Positions 1 to 12,568 of a stretch of DNA of 64,000 nucleotides are shown one piece after another (position 1 is the stretch's first letter; each line of letters starts with the position of its first letter). The DNA lies in contig JANHCV010000011.1 in NCBI GenBank assembly GCA_025594325.1, forward strand, positions 248,001 to 312,000, written 5' to 3'. A program made the translations under genes and the position numbers. This stretch comes from Blastocladiella emersonii ATCC 22665 (lineage: Eukaryota > Fungi > Blastocladiomycota). The notes beneath the pieces are model-generated. The model searched no databases and had not been told where the DNA came from. It worked only from the letters and a program-made list of their open reading frames with translations.

Positions 1-1
1 C

Positions 2-3000
2 GACGGCACATCGCCGTCGACCATGAACGCGGCCGGGCTGTACGGCTTCTACGGGATCCCGCTCTGCTCGCCGTTCGCGTCCAACCCGAGCCTCAGCAAC
101 AAGAACATGTACCCGACGTTTTTCGTACGTCGTGTCGTGTCGTGGCTGAGGGCGCTTGATTGCGGCCATGGCTGACCTCGCCCGGCCACCGTCTAGCGCA
201 CGCTTCCGAGCATCGAGGTGCTCGCTAAGAGCCTCGTCACGTTCCTCAACAAGATGGACTGGAAGCGCGTCGGCATGTTCTACGACGAGGCCGACCCCGC
301 GACCCTCATGAGTACGCTTCCTCATCACTTTGACGTACGAGAGCGCCCGACCTCACCACGCCGCACCCTCCAGAGTTCCGCTCGGTCCTGTCGGCCGCCA
401 ACTCCATGGGCATCGCGACCACGTTCCAGTCGGTGGCCAAGTCGACGTCCTCGCTGTGCGCGCAGATCCAGCGGTCCGACACGCGGATCCTGCTGGCACA
501 GAGCGACGACTGGGTCGCCGTGTTCCAGGCGCTCGAGACGTGCCAGTTCTTTGACGGCAACCACGTCCTGATCGGGCTTAACAACTTCAACGACACGCTC
601 GCCGCGTACATGACCAAGTCGCCGTTCGCCGCGCTGTACAAGAACTCGAGCAGCCACATTCTCGAGGCCGACCTGCCGCAGCCGGCCTACGGGTACCTCG
701 CCGACGAGTTCCTCGAGACGCTGCCCAAGACCGACTTCCCGTTCAAGGACCTCGACATGACGCTCGACGACGTGAAGCTGAACGCGGCCAACGTCGACCT
801 CGTGATCGGGTGCGCGTACGTGGTCGTGGCCGGGTGGGACAAGCACCGCGTGCACCACACGGAGCACGTCACGCCGGACCTGCTGCCGCTGACCATCAAG
901 CTCGAGGACTTCAATGCGACCATGATCGAGGGCGTGCCGTTCGAGGTGTCGACGACGGGCGACTGGGTCCCCGAGTACTTCATCATCCGCGGCGTCAGCT
1001 ACCTCAACGCGACCTTCCTCGACTTCACCGACTACGCGCAGATCAGCACCGAGAACTGCTCGCTGTCGCAGGTCGAGCCATGGCGGTTCGCGCAGGCGTC
1101 GATCCCCGTCGACGGGCCGCAGCCGACGCTGGCGAACCCGACGTGGGACCAGCCCGTGAGCATCTTCCTGGCGGTGCTCGCGGGGCTCGACGCGCTGTTC
1201 GTGATCGCCATCACGGCGTGGATGCTGCGCACGCCGCCGCACGACATGCCGCGCGAGAACGTGGCGGTGCTCGGCGCCGGGTGCGTGCTGATGCTGCTGG
1301 TGGTCCCGCTGATGCAGGGAATCCCGACCGCGCTCATCTGCACGGTGCGGCCCATCGCCTTCGACGCCGGGTTCGGCCTCGTGCTCAGCGCCGTGTACAG
1401 CTGGCTGTACCACCGGTACCTCGTCTTCGACACGTCGCGCCCGCTGCGCGGCGCATCGCGCGGCCCGCTGTGGTGGGTCATCTTCACGTGCCTGTCGCTC
1501 ATCGCGTTCAAGCAGTGGGCCGAGGAGATCCGCGACCCCGTCGCCGAGATGGTCGGGAACAACAAGTCCGTGTACTACCGGTGCGTGTCGGCGAACCGGT
1601 TCATCGGCGTGCTGGTCCTCACTATCGGCCTATACGCCGGGCTCATCGTGCACGGGCTGTTCATGGCGGCCAAGCTCCGGTTCGACAGCACAGCGTCGCG
1701 CATGGGCGTGCTGCTCATCAACGCGGTGCTCGTGTCGATCAGCATCCCGATCAGCATCATGCTGGTGGTCCCGCTCGTCGCGCAGCTCCGGTCCCTGTAC
1801 ATGGCCTTCACGTCGCCCATCATCGTGTTCGCGCCGTTCCTGTTCCAGGCGACGCGCGCGCTCGCGTTCCGCGTCCGCCACCGCCGGTGGAAGCTGACGA
1901 CCGCCGAGATCAACCGGTTCTACGGTCCCGGCAGCTCGGCGCGCGGCGGCGGCGGCCTGTTCAGCTCAACGTCCTCCGCCGCCGTCGAACCCATGACCAG
2001 CTCCGCGGCGCGCACCGAGAAATCGATCCCGGCGCACCAGGCGCTCATGACGGCGTTCACGGCGGCGGCCCCGCCCAGCGTCCCCGTGCAGCGGCGCACC
2101 GTGCAGCAGTGGTCGGTGCCCTACGCGCTCAAGTGGTCCGGGTTCGGCCTGCTCGGCCGCCGGTCCGTGTACCCGGCGCGCGTCCTGCTCACGCGCAAGA
2201 TCTTGACGATCGAGTGGCGCGACCGCGTCTTCTCCGAACACGTCGCCGGGATCCTGATCCGCCGCCAGCCGCAGCTGCTCGTCGAGTCGCTCGACGACCC
2301 CGCGGGACCGCGCACGCGCGGACGGTCGGGCAGTCTCGGGTCGCTGTTCCGCACCGGTAATCTGTCGTCGTCAGCGTCGCAGGCGCCGACGAGCGTGGCG
2401 GCGGCGGCTGGTCCACGGAGCGCCGCTGCCGCTGACCGGTCGGTCCCCGAACCGCGCACCGCGCGCGCCCGCGCGGGGAGTCTCGGCGCGATCGACGTGC
2501 ACGGCCGCACCCGCCCACGCCCACCGTCCATCCTGACGTCGCGCGCCATGCTGTCGCCGACATCCACGTCGCCGTCGGTCCCCGCGATCCCGGAACACGA
2601 CATCGACGACCTCGACTCGCCGGTTGGCGGCGACGAGGAGTCGGGGCTGCCCGCGGCGACGCACTCGCCGCGGCGGCTGACGACCATGGACGACGACCCG
2701 GGGTGCCTGCGCGTCGAGTCGCTCGACTTCTGCTTCTTCCTGCAGTTTGCGTCGGCCGCCGAGACGCTGACGTTCTGCACGGCGATGAAGGACCGCGGGT
2801 GCGAGGGGTGCGCGATCGCGTGCAACATCGGCGGGCCCGCGGCGCTCGAGAGCAACGCGGGGGTCTCGTCGAGCCCGACGTCGTACACGCCCATCACGCT
2901 CATGTCCGTCGCCGAGGCGACAACGGGCCGTAGTGTGATCGACCAGCAGCGGCGGACCAGCGCCGCGTCCTTGGCGATTGGCCCGCGGCCGTCGGTCGCG

Positions 3001-3045
3001 CGGCGCGGGTCGCGGTCTGTCGCCGACTCGATGCCCGGCGCTTGA
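2..3045 (+). CDS. Class C GPCR-like receptor: ANF/Venus-flytrap ligand-binding domain + 7TM_3 region + long cytoplasmic tail; 5'-partial. Exons <2..124, 197..311, 374..3045
   Basis: Splicing two GT-AG introns (125-196, 312-373) gives 'SLSNKNMYPTFFRTLPS' and 'FLNKMDWKRVGMFY', typical ANF-receptor motifs. Seven hydrophobic segments at ~1153-1860, including TM3 'C..R...F..GF.LV.......R..VF'. Confidence 0.8.
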
Positions 3046-3119
3046 TTGAGTCTCACTACTATCCATAGCACTCTGTACATATCCTCACGAATTCAACTAT
3101 ACACACACAATCCATCAGC

Positions 3120-4386
3120 TCACGACTTGCCCACGACCGCCTCCCGGTCAACGGCCGCAAGCAGGCCCTCCTCGCCGAACAGCAGCTCGGTGCTGGCCGC
3201 GCCGCCCTGGCTGCGGCTGCTCGACGCGCGCGGCAGCGACCGCTTCGGCGGCATCCCGATCGCTGCATTGCCCTTGAGACTCCCGCGGCGCGACGGCGGG
3301 GCGACTGCGAGCGAGCGCGATCCGCGGCGCGAGTTGCTGGCGCGGACCCCACTGCGGCGAGGTTTTGTAGCGGCAGACGTGTCCGCGGGTGTGCGGTCGC
3401 GCAGCACGGCCACGGCGACGACACCGATCGCGACCATGGCAAACAGGATCCCGCCGATGGCGATGGGCGGGAGCTGGTGGACCGGCGTCCCAATGCGCGC
3501 CGCGGTGTCGGTCGTGGTGGGAGGAGGCGAGGCGGCTTCGGCTTCGGCTTCGGCCGCGGCGAGGACGGGGAGCGGGTCCATGGCGACGGGCGCGGGGATG
3601 GACTCCGCGTCCGTGAACGGGGTCGCGGCGGAGCGGCGGGTCAGGCTCGCGGTCGAACGGGCAAACGAGGTCGACGACGTGACGGCGCGCGAGCTCGTCA
3701 TCGCGGTCGCGGGCGGCTTCGACACGGTCGCGGGCGGTTTCGACACGGTAGCCGTCGCTGTCGCCGTCGCCGTGGCCGAAGGACCCAGCGGAGCGACCGC
3801 GACACCCGGCGTGTAGACGACGGCGGGCCCGCCGCTCGAAAACACCTGGGCCCAGTACGTGCAGGTGGCGAGTGCGTTGGTCGGGCACTTTCCGCTGGCG
3901 CGGGCGATGCCGACGTGGGCAAAGTTGCGGTTGAGCAGGTTGGCGAGGTGGCCCGGGCTGTTCTCCCAGCCCGTCAGCGCCGCGGGCGCGTCGACGACGG
4001 ACATGCCGTACAGAATGTTCTCTATATGATCGCAGCGCGTCAGTGCGGATCATGGTCTGACGGGTGCGGGTGTCGTACCGCCAAACGTGAACCAGTTATA
4101 TCCCGTGGCCTTGATCCGTGTCTGCGGCCCGAACCCGGTGCTTCCCGTGTGTGCGAAGAAGGCCTTGCCCGCCATGTCGCGGGCGTGCGCGAGCGCGGCT
4201 GTCGTCAGGTGCGCCTCGAGCTTGACGGCGGGGATGCCCGACTTGGCGCGGCCTAGTCGGATCTAGCACGGTCAGCAAGGCGCCGTGTGCGAGGGGCGGG
4301 GTCGAGCGGATGGACGCACGCGCGTTGGTCAGGTTCAGCGCGAGCCACTGGTGGTCGAGTGGGAGGGTTGCGGATGAGATGGACAT
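3120..4386 (-). CDS. CAP/SCP (PR-1-like) domain single-pass membrane protein, paralog 1. Introns 4319..4253 and 4078..4022; start uncertain (4386 or 4491)
   Basis: Spliced product has 'AHARDMAGKAFFAHTGSTG', 'ENI', 'WENSPGHLANLL', 'YWAQVF'. A Thr/Ala stalk and TM 'IAIGGILFAMVAIGVVAVAVL' follow, then RDR. Confidence 0.8.
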
Positions 4387-4568
4387 GGTGTGTTTCGTGA
4401 CGTCTACATGTACTTGCCTGATGATGGAGGGAGGAAGAGCGGGTTTGAAGGTCGAGGCTCGCGGCCGTCGCGCGGTCGGCGTGGGAGACATTTTTGACCA
4501 GCGAGCGCCTTGGCGCTGACGCTTTGCCTCGCACCACTCACGTCTGTTCAGAAACAAGGAAGATTATA

Positions 4569-5521
4569 TCAAGACGCTGGCACCGACATCTGCGCGCTTG
4601 GCGACGACGGAGACAACGGCTCCGACGCGATCGGCGGCGCCTGCGGTCCCGGGTGAATCTTGCCGCTCACCTTGGCGTCGGCCTTGGCCATGGCCGGCGT
4701 CGCGCGGCCGCCCGCGAGCTTGGTCTGGACCGCGAGCCGGACGCGCTGGATCTTGAGCCCGCCGCGCTCGCGGACGACGAATAGCGTGATGGCCGTGGCG
4801 ATCAGGAGGACGGCCGCGACCGAACCGATCACGATGCCCGCAATGACGCCGCCTGAGAGTCCACCACCGCCCGCGCCGGTTTTCGGTGGTGGCGTGGAAG
4901 TTGGCGTAGAGGAACCCGTTTTAGTCGTTGCCGTAGCGTTCCCGCCCGTCGACGCGCCCGCGGTGCACTGCGGCTGCAGTCCCGACGCGATGATCTGGGT
5001 CCAGTACGTGCACACGGAGCCCGAGTCGGGGCACAGGCCGAGGTACCGCCCGACGCCGTACTGCGCGGCCCAGTCGGCCTTGGCGGCGGCGATCCCGTCG
5101 GTCGTGTTAAGGAACCCCGCGACGGCGGCGGGCGCGTCGAGGTCGTCCTGCGCATACGAAACCTGCTCTACACGGGGACAGCGTGAGCGATTAAAATGGC
5201 CGTAGTTCGTGGGGGCGGGCATACCGGACCACTGGGTGACGAGGAAGCCCGTGTCCATGATCCGGTCGAGCGGAGAGCTCCCGCTGAAGCCCGAGTGGCT
5301 GAGGAACCGGTTCAGCGCCATGTCGGTGGCGTGGAACAGCGCAGCCTGAGCGAGCCTTGGCTCGAGGCAGAGCGGCGCGCGCCCGCTTGCGTTGCGGTCT
5401 GGTGAGAGGGCGGAGATGGGTGAGCTGAGGGCGGATCCAAGGAAAAGCATAACATCAGCATACATTCATTTGTGAGGTTTAGCGCTCGCAGCTGGTAGTC
5501 GGCAAAGGTAGTTTGATTCAT
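4569..5521 (-). CDS. CAP/SCP-like single-pass membrane protein, paralog 2 (divergent). Introns 5463..5399 and 5224..5168
   Basis: 'ALNLTNEYRNASG', 'FHATDMALNRFLSHSGFSGSSPLDRI', 'CTYWTQII', TM 'GGVIAGIVIGSVAAVLLIATAITLFVV'. Intron positions match paralog 1. Confidence 0.75.
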
Positions 5522-5816
5522 GGCTGTGATCAAGTGCTGATCAGTGCAGGGACAAGTGAGCAGAGACAGTGCCCTCAAGGCCAGCTTCCTGTTCCGGTGT
5601 CCAAGGCTCCGCCTTGAATGTAGCAAAGTGTCTCCCTCGCGGCCATGGACGCGTTGCGCCGCAGCGTGACCGGTGCCGTTCGTTCGGGTGATCGACCACC
5701 CCTGGATCGACGCAAGCCACCCGCAAGGGACTTGGGCCGAGTGGAGCCCCGCACCGCGTCCTCGCTCTCCCCGCGCGCCCGACTTCCATGTATCATACCC
5801 CAACGACGTAGCCGTC

Positions 5817-7058
5817 ATGTTGCAAAAGCGCTTCCGGAACCTGCTCCTCGTGCTGGCCGCCGTCTCGACGCTGCTCGGCCTCGCGCTGTGTACGGTGGAT
5901 CACGGCCTCCGCTCGCGGCCACGGTGAACTGACCGCTCTTCTCGCCCTTAGTCTTGAGCGGGTCCATCAGCTTGTCGCCGCTCCTGCAGAACCCGGAGCT
6001 GCTTGTCGAGGATCTGGACGGCACCGTGTACGCCCCATCCCTCGTGCGTGGCCTCGAACGTCGCACTCACGGCGATCCCTCTTTCTAGCGCCGTCGTGCC
6101 GCCACCAAAACAGCATCCCGCAACGACGAACAGCACCGTTGTGCCCGCTGAGACCGCCAGCAACACCACCACCGCCGCGGTGGCCACACCCGCCGCGGCG
6201 TCCCCGCTCGCCGTGGCGCGCGAGGCGCTCGAGATGTGGCAGTCCGGGTTCAGCGCGCGGACCGACTGGTCGATGCCGCTGCCTAGCCTGATCCACCTGA
6301 CGTGGAAGACGCGCGACTCTTTGCCTTCGCTTGGCGAGGAGTGTCTCGCGAAATGGCGCGCGCTGAACCCGGACCACACGGTGCTGCTGTGGACCGACTA
6401 CGACGCGCTGTCGCTGGTGCGCGGCTACTTCCCGCACCTGACGCCGCTGTACCGTGCGCTGCCGCGCGGCGTGATGCGCGCCGACCTGTTCCGGTACCTG
6501 GTGCTCGCGACCTTCGGCGGCGTGTACGCGGACATCGACGTGTGTCCGCTGAAACCCGTGTCGGCGTGGATCCCGCGCGAGCACGCGGCGGAAACCGCGC
6601 TCGTCGTCGGCGTCGAGAGCGACACGGACCGGCCCGACTGGGCGCTGTGGTACTCGCGCCAGCTGCAGCTGTGCCAGTGGACGATCGCCGCGGTCCCGGG
6701 CCACGCGGTGCTTGCGGGTGTCGTTGCCGAAAGCACGCGCCGGCTGCGCGCGAAATGGGACGCGGGGCGACACGGGTGGCCCGCGGACACGCCCGACAAG
6801 ATCATCGAGCTCACGGGGCCCGCCGTGTTCACGGATGTGGCGCTCGCGTACATGGCCCGGTTCGGCGATACCTCGTTCGCCGCGCTCCACAACTTGCCCG
6901 GACCGCGCAGGTTCGGCGACGTGCTGCTCAACACCATCACCGCCTTCTCGCCCGGCGTCGGCCATATGAACGCCGGCGAGCCGTCGGACCCGCGGGCGCT
7001 CGCGCAGCACATGTTCTTGGGGAGCTGGAAGAAGGAGGCAGCGGCGGCGTCGACTTGA
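5817..7058 (+). CDS. OCH1: Glycosyltransferase family 32, OCH1-like alpha-1,6-mannosyltransferase (type II membrane), with one intron near 5890-5950
   Basis: N-terminal anchor 'MLQKRFRNLLLVLAAVSTLLGLAL', then 'RADLFRYLVLATFGGVYADID' (DxD), 'QLCQWTIAAVPGH', 'IIELTGPAVFTD', 'HMFLGSWK'. Confidence 0.8.
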
Positions 7059-7112
7059 CGACACTCAGTTTTGGGGATGGGATATCATTTAGATTCAAAT
7101 TTTGGACGAACG

Positions 7113-8514
7113 TCACAACCCCATGATCTTGTACTTGATCGCGCTCGGCACCGTGTGCACGACGATGCGCCCGTCGTAGCTCGACGTGCAGAACACCCAC
7201 GGGTCCGCGGCGCTCCACGCGAGCCCGTACACCGAGTCCTCGTGGTGGTCGAGCGACAGGACGGGCCCGTCCGCGAGGACCGCATCCCCACCACTGCGGC
7301 CCGACGCCGGGCTCGCCGCGCCGCCCTCGTCGTCCGTATCCGACGCGGCCCCACCACCGCTCCCACCGCCCCCGCCCGTCATGGCGAGCGGCTGCGACGA
7401 GATACTCGAGATCGAGTTGACGGCAACCGAGTGGTCGGTGCTCGCCGACAGGACGAGCTGGTCGTGGAACCGGTTATACTGCGCGCGCGTGGTCCAGTGC
7501 GAGTGCGCGCCGGGCAGCGTCAGCAGCGGCACCGCGCCGTTGCGCAGGTCCCAGAACCGCACGCTCCCGTCGTCGCCGCCCGTGCACACCTGGTACGGCT
7601 TGTTGGGGTTGAAGTCGACGCTGCGCAGCGGCGTTGCCCCGCCGTGTAGGTCGGCGTGTGTTGCGACGAGGGACGCGGACCGGAGATCGGCGAGGGATAG
7701 CGCGGAGCCGTGCGTCACGGCGAGCGTCGGGCCGACCGAGTGCGGGTTCCAGCACGCGGCGTGGATCGGCGCCGCGAGCGGGTCCGACGACACGGCGATC
7801 GAGGCGCCCATGACCGCCGTCGACAGGCCCTCGGATAGCGAGTAGATGGCCAGCTGCGATGTGTCGCGGCCGACGACCTTGGACGTCGAGCCTGCCGGGT
7901 TGAAGAGTACCCTACGGGGTCGAGCAAGTCAGCGGTGTGATGGGCGGATGGTGGCAGCGATGCGTACTCGCAGATCCCCGTCTTGGAAAACTTGTCCTCG
8001 AGGTTGACGAGCGGTTCGAGGTCGAGGTTCACGGCGCCGTTCTGCCCAGCCACGTTCTCGAGCACCGCGTCATCGAGCCGCCACAGCGTCGACCGCATCC
8101 GATGGCTGCGCTCGCCCACTACCCTTTCGCGTCAGTACCCGCGCAAGATGCACACAGACGCGAGCGCCGTACCAACATTATAGCTCGTCGCGACAATATT
8201 CCTTGCGTCGGGCGCGGCACACGACGCGATCGCATGAATCTCCTGCGGGTGGCGGAACACGACGTGGGCGAGCGCGGCGCGGTCCTCGAGGTACTCGACG
8301 ACGTGCAGCTCGTTGTCGGCGGCGCTCGCGAGCCCGAGCGTGCCGATCAGGAAGATGTTGCGCTCGGATTCGCCCGCGAGCGCGGCGAGCGCGCGGGTCT
8401 ACTTGAGCGTGGCAGGGTAAGGGGCGGTGGTTGGTGGCAAGAGGGGGCGGCCCGGCCTCAACTCACCTGGTTCCGCAGACCGTAGACGCAGGTCCGGTCC
8501 GTCGCGTCAGCCAT
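7113..8514 (-). CDS. EIPR1: WD40 protein EIPR1/TSSC1 (EARP/GARP-interacting), multi-exon
   Basis: Starts 'MADATDRTCVYGLRNQ'; later 'DFNPNKPYQVCTGGDDG', 'HSHWTTRAQYNRFHDQLVLSASTD', 'HEDSVYGLAWSAADPWVFCTSSYDGR'. Confidence 0.9.
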
Positions 8515-9082
8515 GATGCATGGAGTGTGCGAGCGTTTTCGTTTCGTTGAGGTCGGCGAGGCGCGGACCGCGAGACTTCGAAGTCGAGGCGAGGTGGCGT
8601 TCGCTTGAGCGACGCGTCGACCAACCGCCGCTCGCGTGATATCGCGACGCGTCTCACCGCGGGTGCTCGCTCGCGGGACACGTTCTGCGCAGGGTGGTTT
8701 TGCACGTTGTATTCGATTAAACACAAGGGAGGGAAGGAGGCAAGAGAGCAAGGCGGCAACGGGAGGGAGAGTTGGGGCCGCGGCAGCAGCAGCAAAACGT
8801 CTTCGGCGGAGGGTGGGAATGCGAGCGGGAGCGGGAGCGGCGGGCGGTCCATGGTTGGTTTGGGGGGAGAGAAATGTACAGCGTGGTGGGTACGGCGATG
8901 ATGATGGTGATGGTGACGACGGGAGAGAGCATGGTACAGGCCAGCAACGGGAGGAAGGGGACGGAGTAACCGATAGCGGGAGCGAGGACGTGTAGGGTGG
9001 GTCGGGGGTGGGGGGCATCACGGAGCTGGTCTAGTGTAAAAAGGGTTTGGGAACGAGCGGAACGAGAAAGGATGACGAGAGA

Positions 9083-12000
9083 TCAAGAGGAAGACGTCGA
9101 CGAGTTCTCAGCCGGCGCCGCTGCAAACGTGCTGTCGGGCGTGCCCGCGTGCGACGTGGCGGCGGCGCCGGGCAGGCTCGACGCGTCGGACACGGGGAAC
9201 GAGATGGTGGGCTGTACAGGCGCAGGCGAGCTGGTTGCCGGAACCAGGGCTGGGACGTGCGCCATGGCGGTCGGGTCGACGGCGGGCGCGCCGAGCATGC
9301 TCGGAGCGGCGGGCAGGAGCGGGACCGGTGCGTCAGCGAGCGCGGGCTGGGCCGAGGGCGAGGCCGCAATCTGCGCCGCGGGCTGCATCGCAATGCCCGA
9401 AGGCGCGACGTGGGCCATGGACGGCGGCGCGACCGCGGGCGGCATGGAGACGGCGAGCTGCGCGGCGTTCATGATGGCGTGCTGCTGCTCCAGTTGCTGC
9501 TGTTGCTGCTGGTGGTGCAGGTCGAGGTGCGCCTCGAGCCCGGCCATGGTGAGCTGGATGAGCGGCTGCTGCTGCTGCGGCTGTGGCTGTGGGGGCGGCG
9601 GCGCATGCTGGGCCGGCGGCGGCCGCGGGAGGATCGGCTGGAACTGCTGCTCCTGCTGTTGCGGCGGGGGCGGCATCGGCGGTTGCGGGAGCTGCTGCTG
9701 CATCATCATCGACTGCTGCTGCGGCGGGTGCATCACCATCCCCATGTTCGACGGGAGCATCGGCGCGGTGGCCATCTGCATCGCCGCCGACTGGTTCATG
9801 AGCTGCTGCACCGCGAGGAACTGCTGCTGCTGTTGCGCCTGCTGCTGCTGTGCGACAGCCGCGTTCGCGAGCGCGAGATCCGCCGCCGTGTACGAAACAG
9901 GGAGCGGGGCAGGCGCGGGCTCGCACGTCGGCGGGAGCGGGTGCATCATCGGGCTCGGCTGCATGCCCGACGCCGCGGCGGCGGCCATGGCGGCGAAAGC
10001 CGCGGGCGACTGCGGGGCGAGGGCGCCGAGCGGCGAGGCCATGAGCGCAGCGGTCACGGGGTCGACGGCGGCAGCGGCGCCGCCGGGCATGAGGTGCTGG
10101 TGGTGTGGGCCGAGCGCGGGCGGCGTCGACTCGTTGGACGGAGGGTTCGATCCGTCGTACGCCGAGGGTGGCGCCGAGTGCATGGCGGCGGGCGCGACGG
10201 TGGTCTGCTGCACGGGCGATTGCTGTTGCTGCTGGGCCATGAGGTCCGAGAGTGTCGGCTGCATCTGCGGCTGCTGCTGCTGCTGGATCACGGCGCCCGC
10301 GTTCGCAGCGGCCGTGACCTGCTGGAACAGGTTGAGTGAGACCTGGTCGATCTGCGCCTGCTGCTGGACCGGCATCGGCGGCGGCGGTGCGAGCCCGAGC
10401 TGCTGCTGGGTCGGCATCGGCGCGAGCCCGAGCTGCTGCTGCTGGTGCTGGATGACCTGCTGCTGGCGCATCTGCTGGATCTGCATCTGCTGGACGACCT
10501 GCTGCTGCGCGAGCTGGAGCTGCGCGACCTGCATGCGGTACTGGTGCTCGGCCGCCGCGGCAGCCGCCGCCACGAGCGTCGCGGGGGACGGGTTGTTGTT
10601 GGCGGCAGCAGCGGCGGCGTCGTGCTCGACCTTGACGACCGCGATCCCGCCGGCAGCGCCGCCCTGGTTCGGGTGTCCCTCGGGCTTGGGCGCGATAGGG
10701 ACGACGTCGTGGGACGCCGCCGGCGAGTTGTCGCGGGTGAAGGTGCGCCCGGCGGGGTCGGTCGGCGGGTCGGGCGCTGCGCGGGAGCCCGTCTCCTCGT
10801 CATCGTCCTCGTCGTCGTCGGCGGCCTCGTCGTCGGTGCCGGTGGGCTTGGGCGCGGCAACGGCGGCGGCAGCAGCGGCGCGGCGGCGCTTGTTGTTGCG
10901 TCCGCGGTTCTTGCGGGCGTCGTCCATCATGGTCTTGACGATGTACGACATGGCCCAGGTGACCTGCGACCCGTGCTTGCCGGCGCTGGCCTTTTCGAGT
11001 TTCGGGAACAGGCGCGCGGCCGAGAGCTGGATCACGGCGAGGGTGCGCTCGTCCTCGGCCAGCGTGAAGTCCTCGTCGAGGTAGCTCGCGGCGATGCGCT
11101 TGATGGTCGTCTACGAACGCGAGCGAGCGGGAGGAGCGTCAGACTGGTTCTGGGACACGATGAAGCGAAGTGCAAGTACCATGGCGAGCGACGTCTTGTT
11201 GCGCGGCGTAGGCAGCCCGTCATGCAGCCCGATGATCTCGACAAACTCAGTCCGCGTCTTGATCCGGCGGAGGGGCGGGATCACGCCGCGCTGCTCCTCG
11301 GGGAGGCGGAGGGGCAGGTTGACGGCGTACTGCTCGGGGAGCGGCTCGACGAGGTACGTGAGGAGGAGTTCCATGGGCACGGGTTTCGCGCCGGCGCCGA
11401 CGTAGAGGTCGGGGAACGCCTGGCGCGCGACGAGGTCGCTGACGGCGTTGCGCACGCGGACCATGGCGTGCAGGTCCGCGGGGTCGGCGGCGTCGGCCCA
11501 GTCCTGGTCGATCAGCTGGTCGGCGAGCAGGACGTCGAGGTAGGCGCGATGGTGCGGGTCGAGCGCCGCGAGCGCGTCCTCGAGATCCGGGTCCGCGGCG
11601 CGGATCTCGGCCAGGCGCTCCTCGATGAGCTCCTCGCGCGATTTCGGGGGCGGTTCGACGGGGTCCGAGGAACCCGGAGCAGACGTCGAGACCGGGGCGA
11701 TCGGGCGAGCATCGACCGCGGCCGATGGAGGGTGCTGCTGCTGCTGTTGCGGCTGCAGGGTCGGCACGGGAACCGGCGCCGGAGCCAAGGGTGCCGCGGC
11801 GAGCGCCGACGCAGCGGCGGCCGAGGGGCTCACGGCGAGCGCAGCGTGGTGGCGCATGGGCGATTCGAGCGGCGTGAGGAACTGCTGCTGCTGCTGCTGG
11901 GTGTGCACGGCCGCGAGATCATGGTGATGCGGCTGGAACTGCTGCTGGTGCTGCTGCTGTGCGGCCGGGACCGCGACCATGCCGGGCTGCACCGTGGTCT

Positions 12001-12568
12001 CAGCGACCGCAGCCTGGTGGTACTGGACCATCGGCGGCATCGAGCCGGCGGCGGCGGCCTGGAACTGCTGCTGCTGCTGTTGGTGGTGCATGGCGGCAAA
12101 ATGCTGGCGCTGCTGCTCGAGCTGGTACTGGTGGATGAGCTCCTGCTGCTGCTGGTTGAAGACGGCGTGCGCGTGGGCGAGGTCGGCGACGGACCCGCCG
12201 GCGGCCGGGCTCAGGTCGGGCGCGGCGGCCGCGGCCGAGACATGGCCGGGTGGTGGCGGCACGACGAGCGAGTCGAGCGGCAGGGTCGACGATGACGACG
12301 ACGACGATGGCGCGGCCGCAGCGAGCTCGGACGGCGGTTTCGCGATGGCCGCGGCGCTACTGCTTCCGCTGCTCCCGTCGCTCGGGACGAAGCCGGCGTC
12401 GAGGACGGTGAGCGACGGCGCGACGTAGGTGGCGGCGGGCGCTATTGTTGGCGGCGGGATGGTGGTGGTCGGGGTGGCGGCGGCGGGCATCGCGGCCGCG
12501 AGCGACGGTCGTCGCGACTGCTGCTGCTGGTGTTGCAGGAACTGCTGTTGCTGTTGCATCGGATCCAT
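9083..12568 (-). CDS. Large Gln/Pro/Ala-rich protein with a central globular domain and basic NLS-like motif; putative transcriptional regulator. Intron 11179..11111
   Basis: Two long ORFs joined by a GT-AG intron ('SLAM|TTIKRIAASY'). PolyQ tracts flank a ~230-aa ordered segment ending 'ARKNRGRNNKRRR'. Confidence 0.7.

Noticed and set aside
8997-11084. 695-aa Cys/Trp-rich ORF on the + strand
   Set aside because: Antisense shadow of the CAG-rich polyQ gene (CAG read as TGC/CTG); no independent coding signal.
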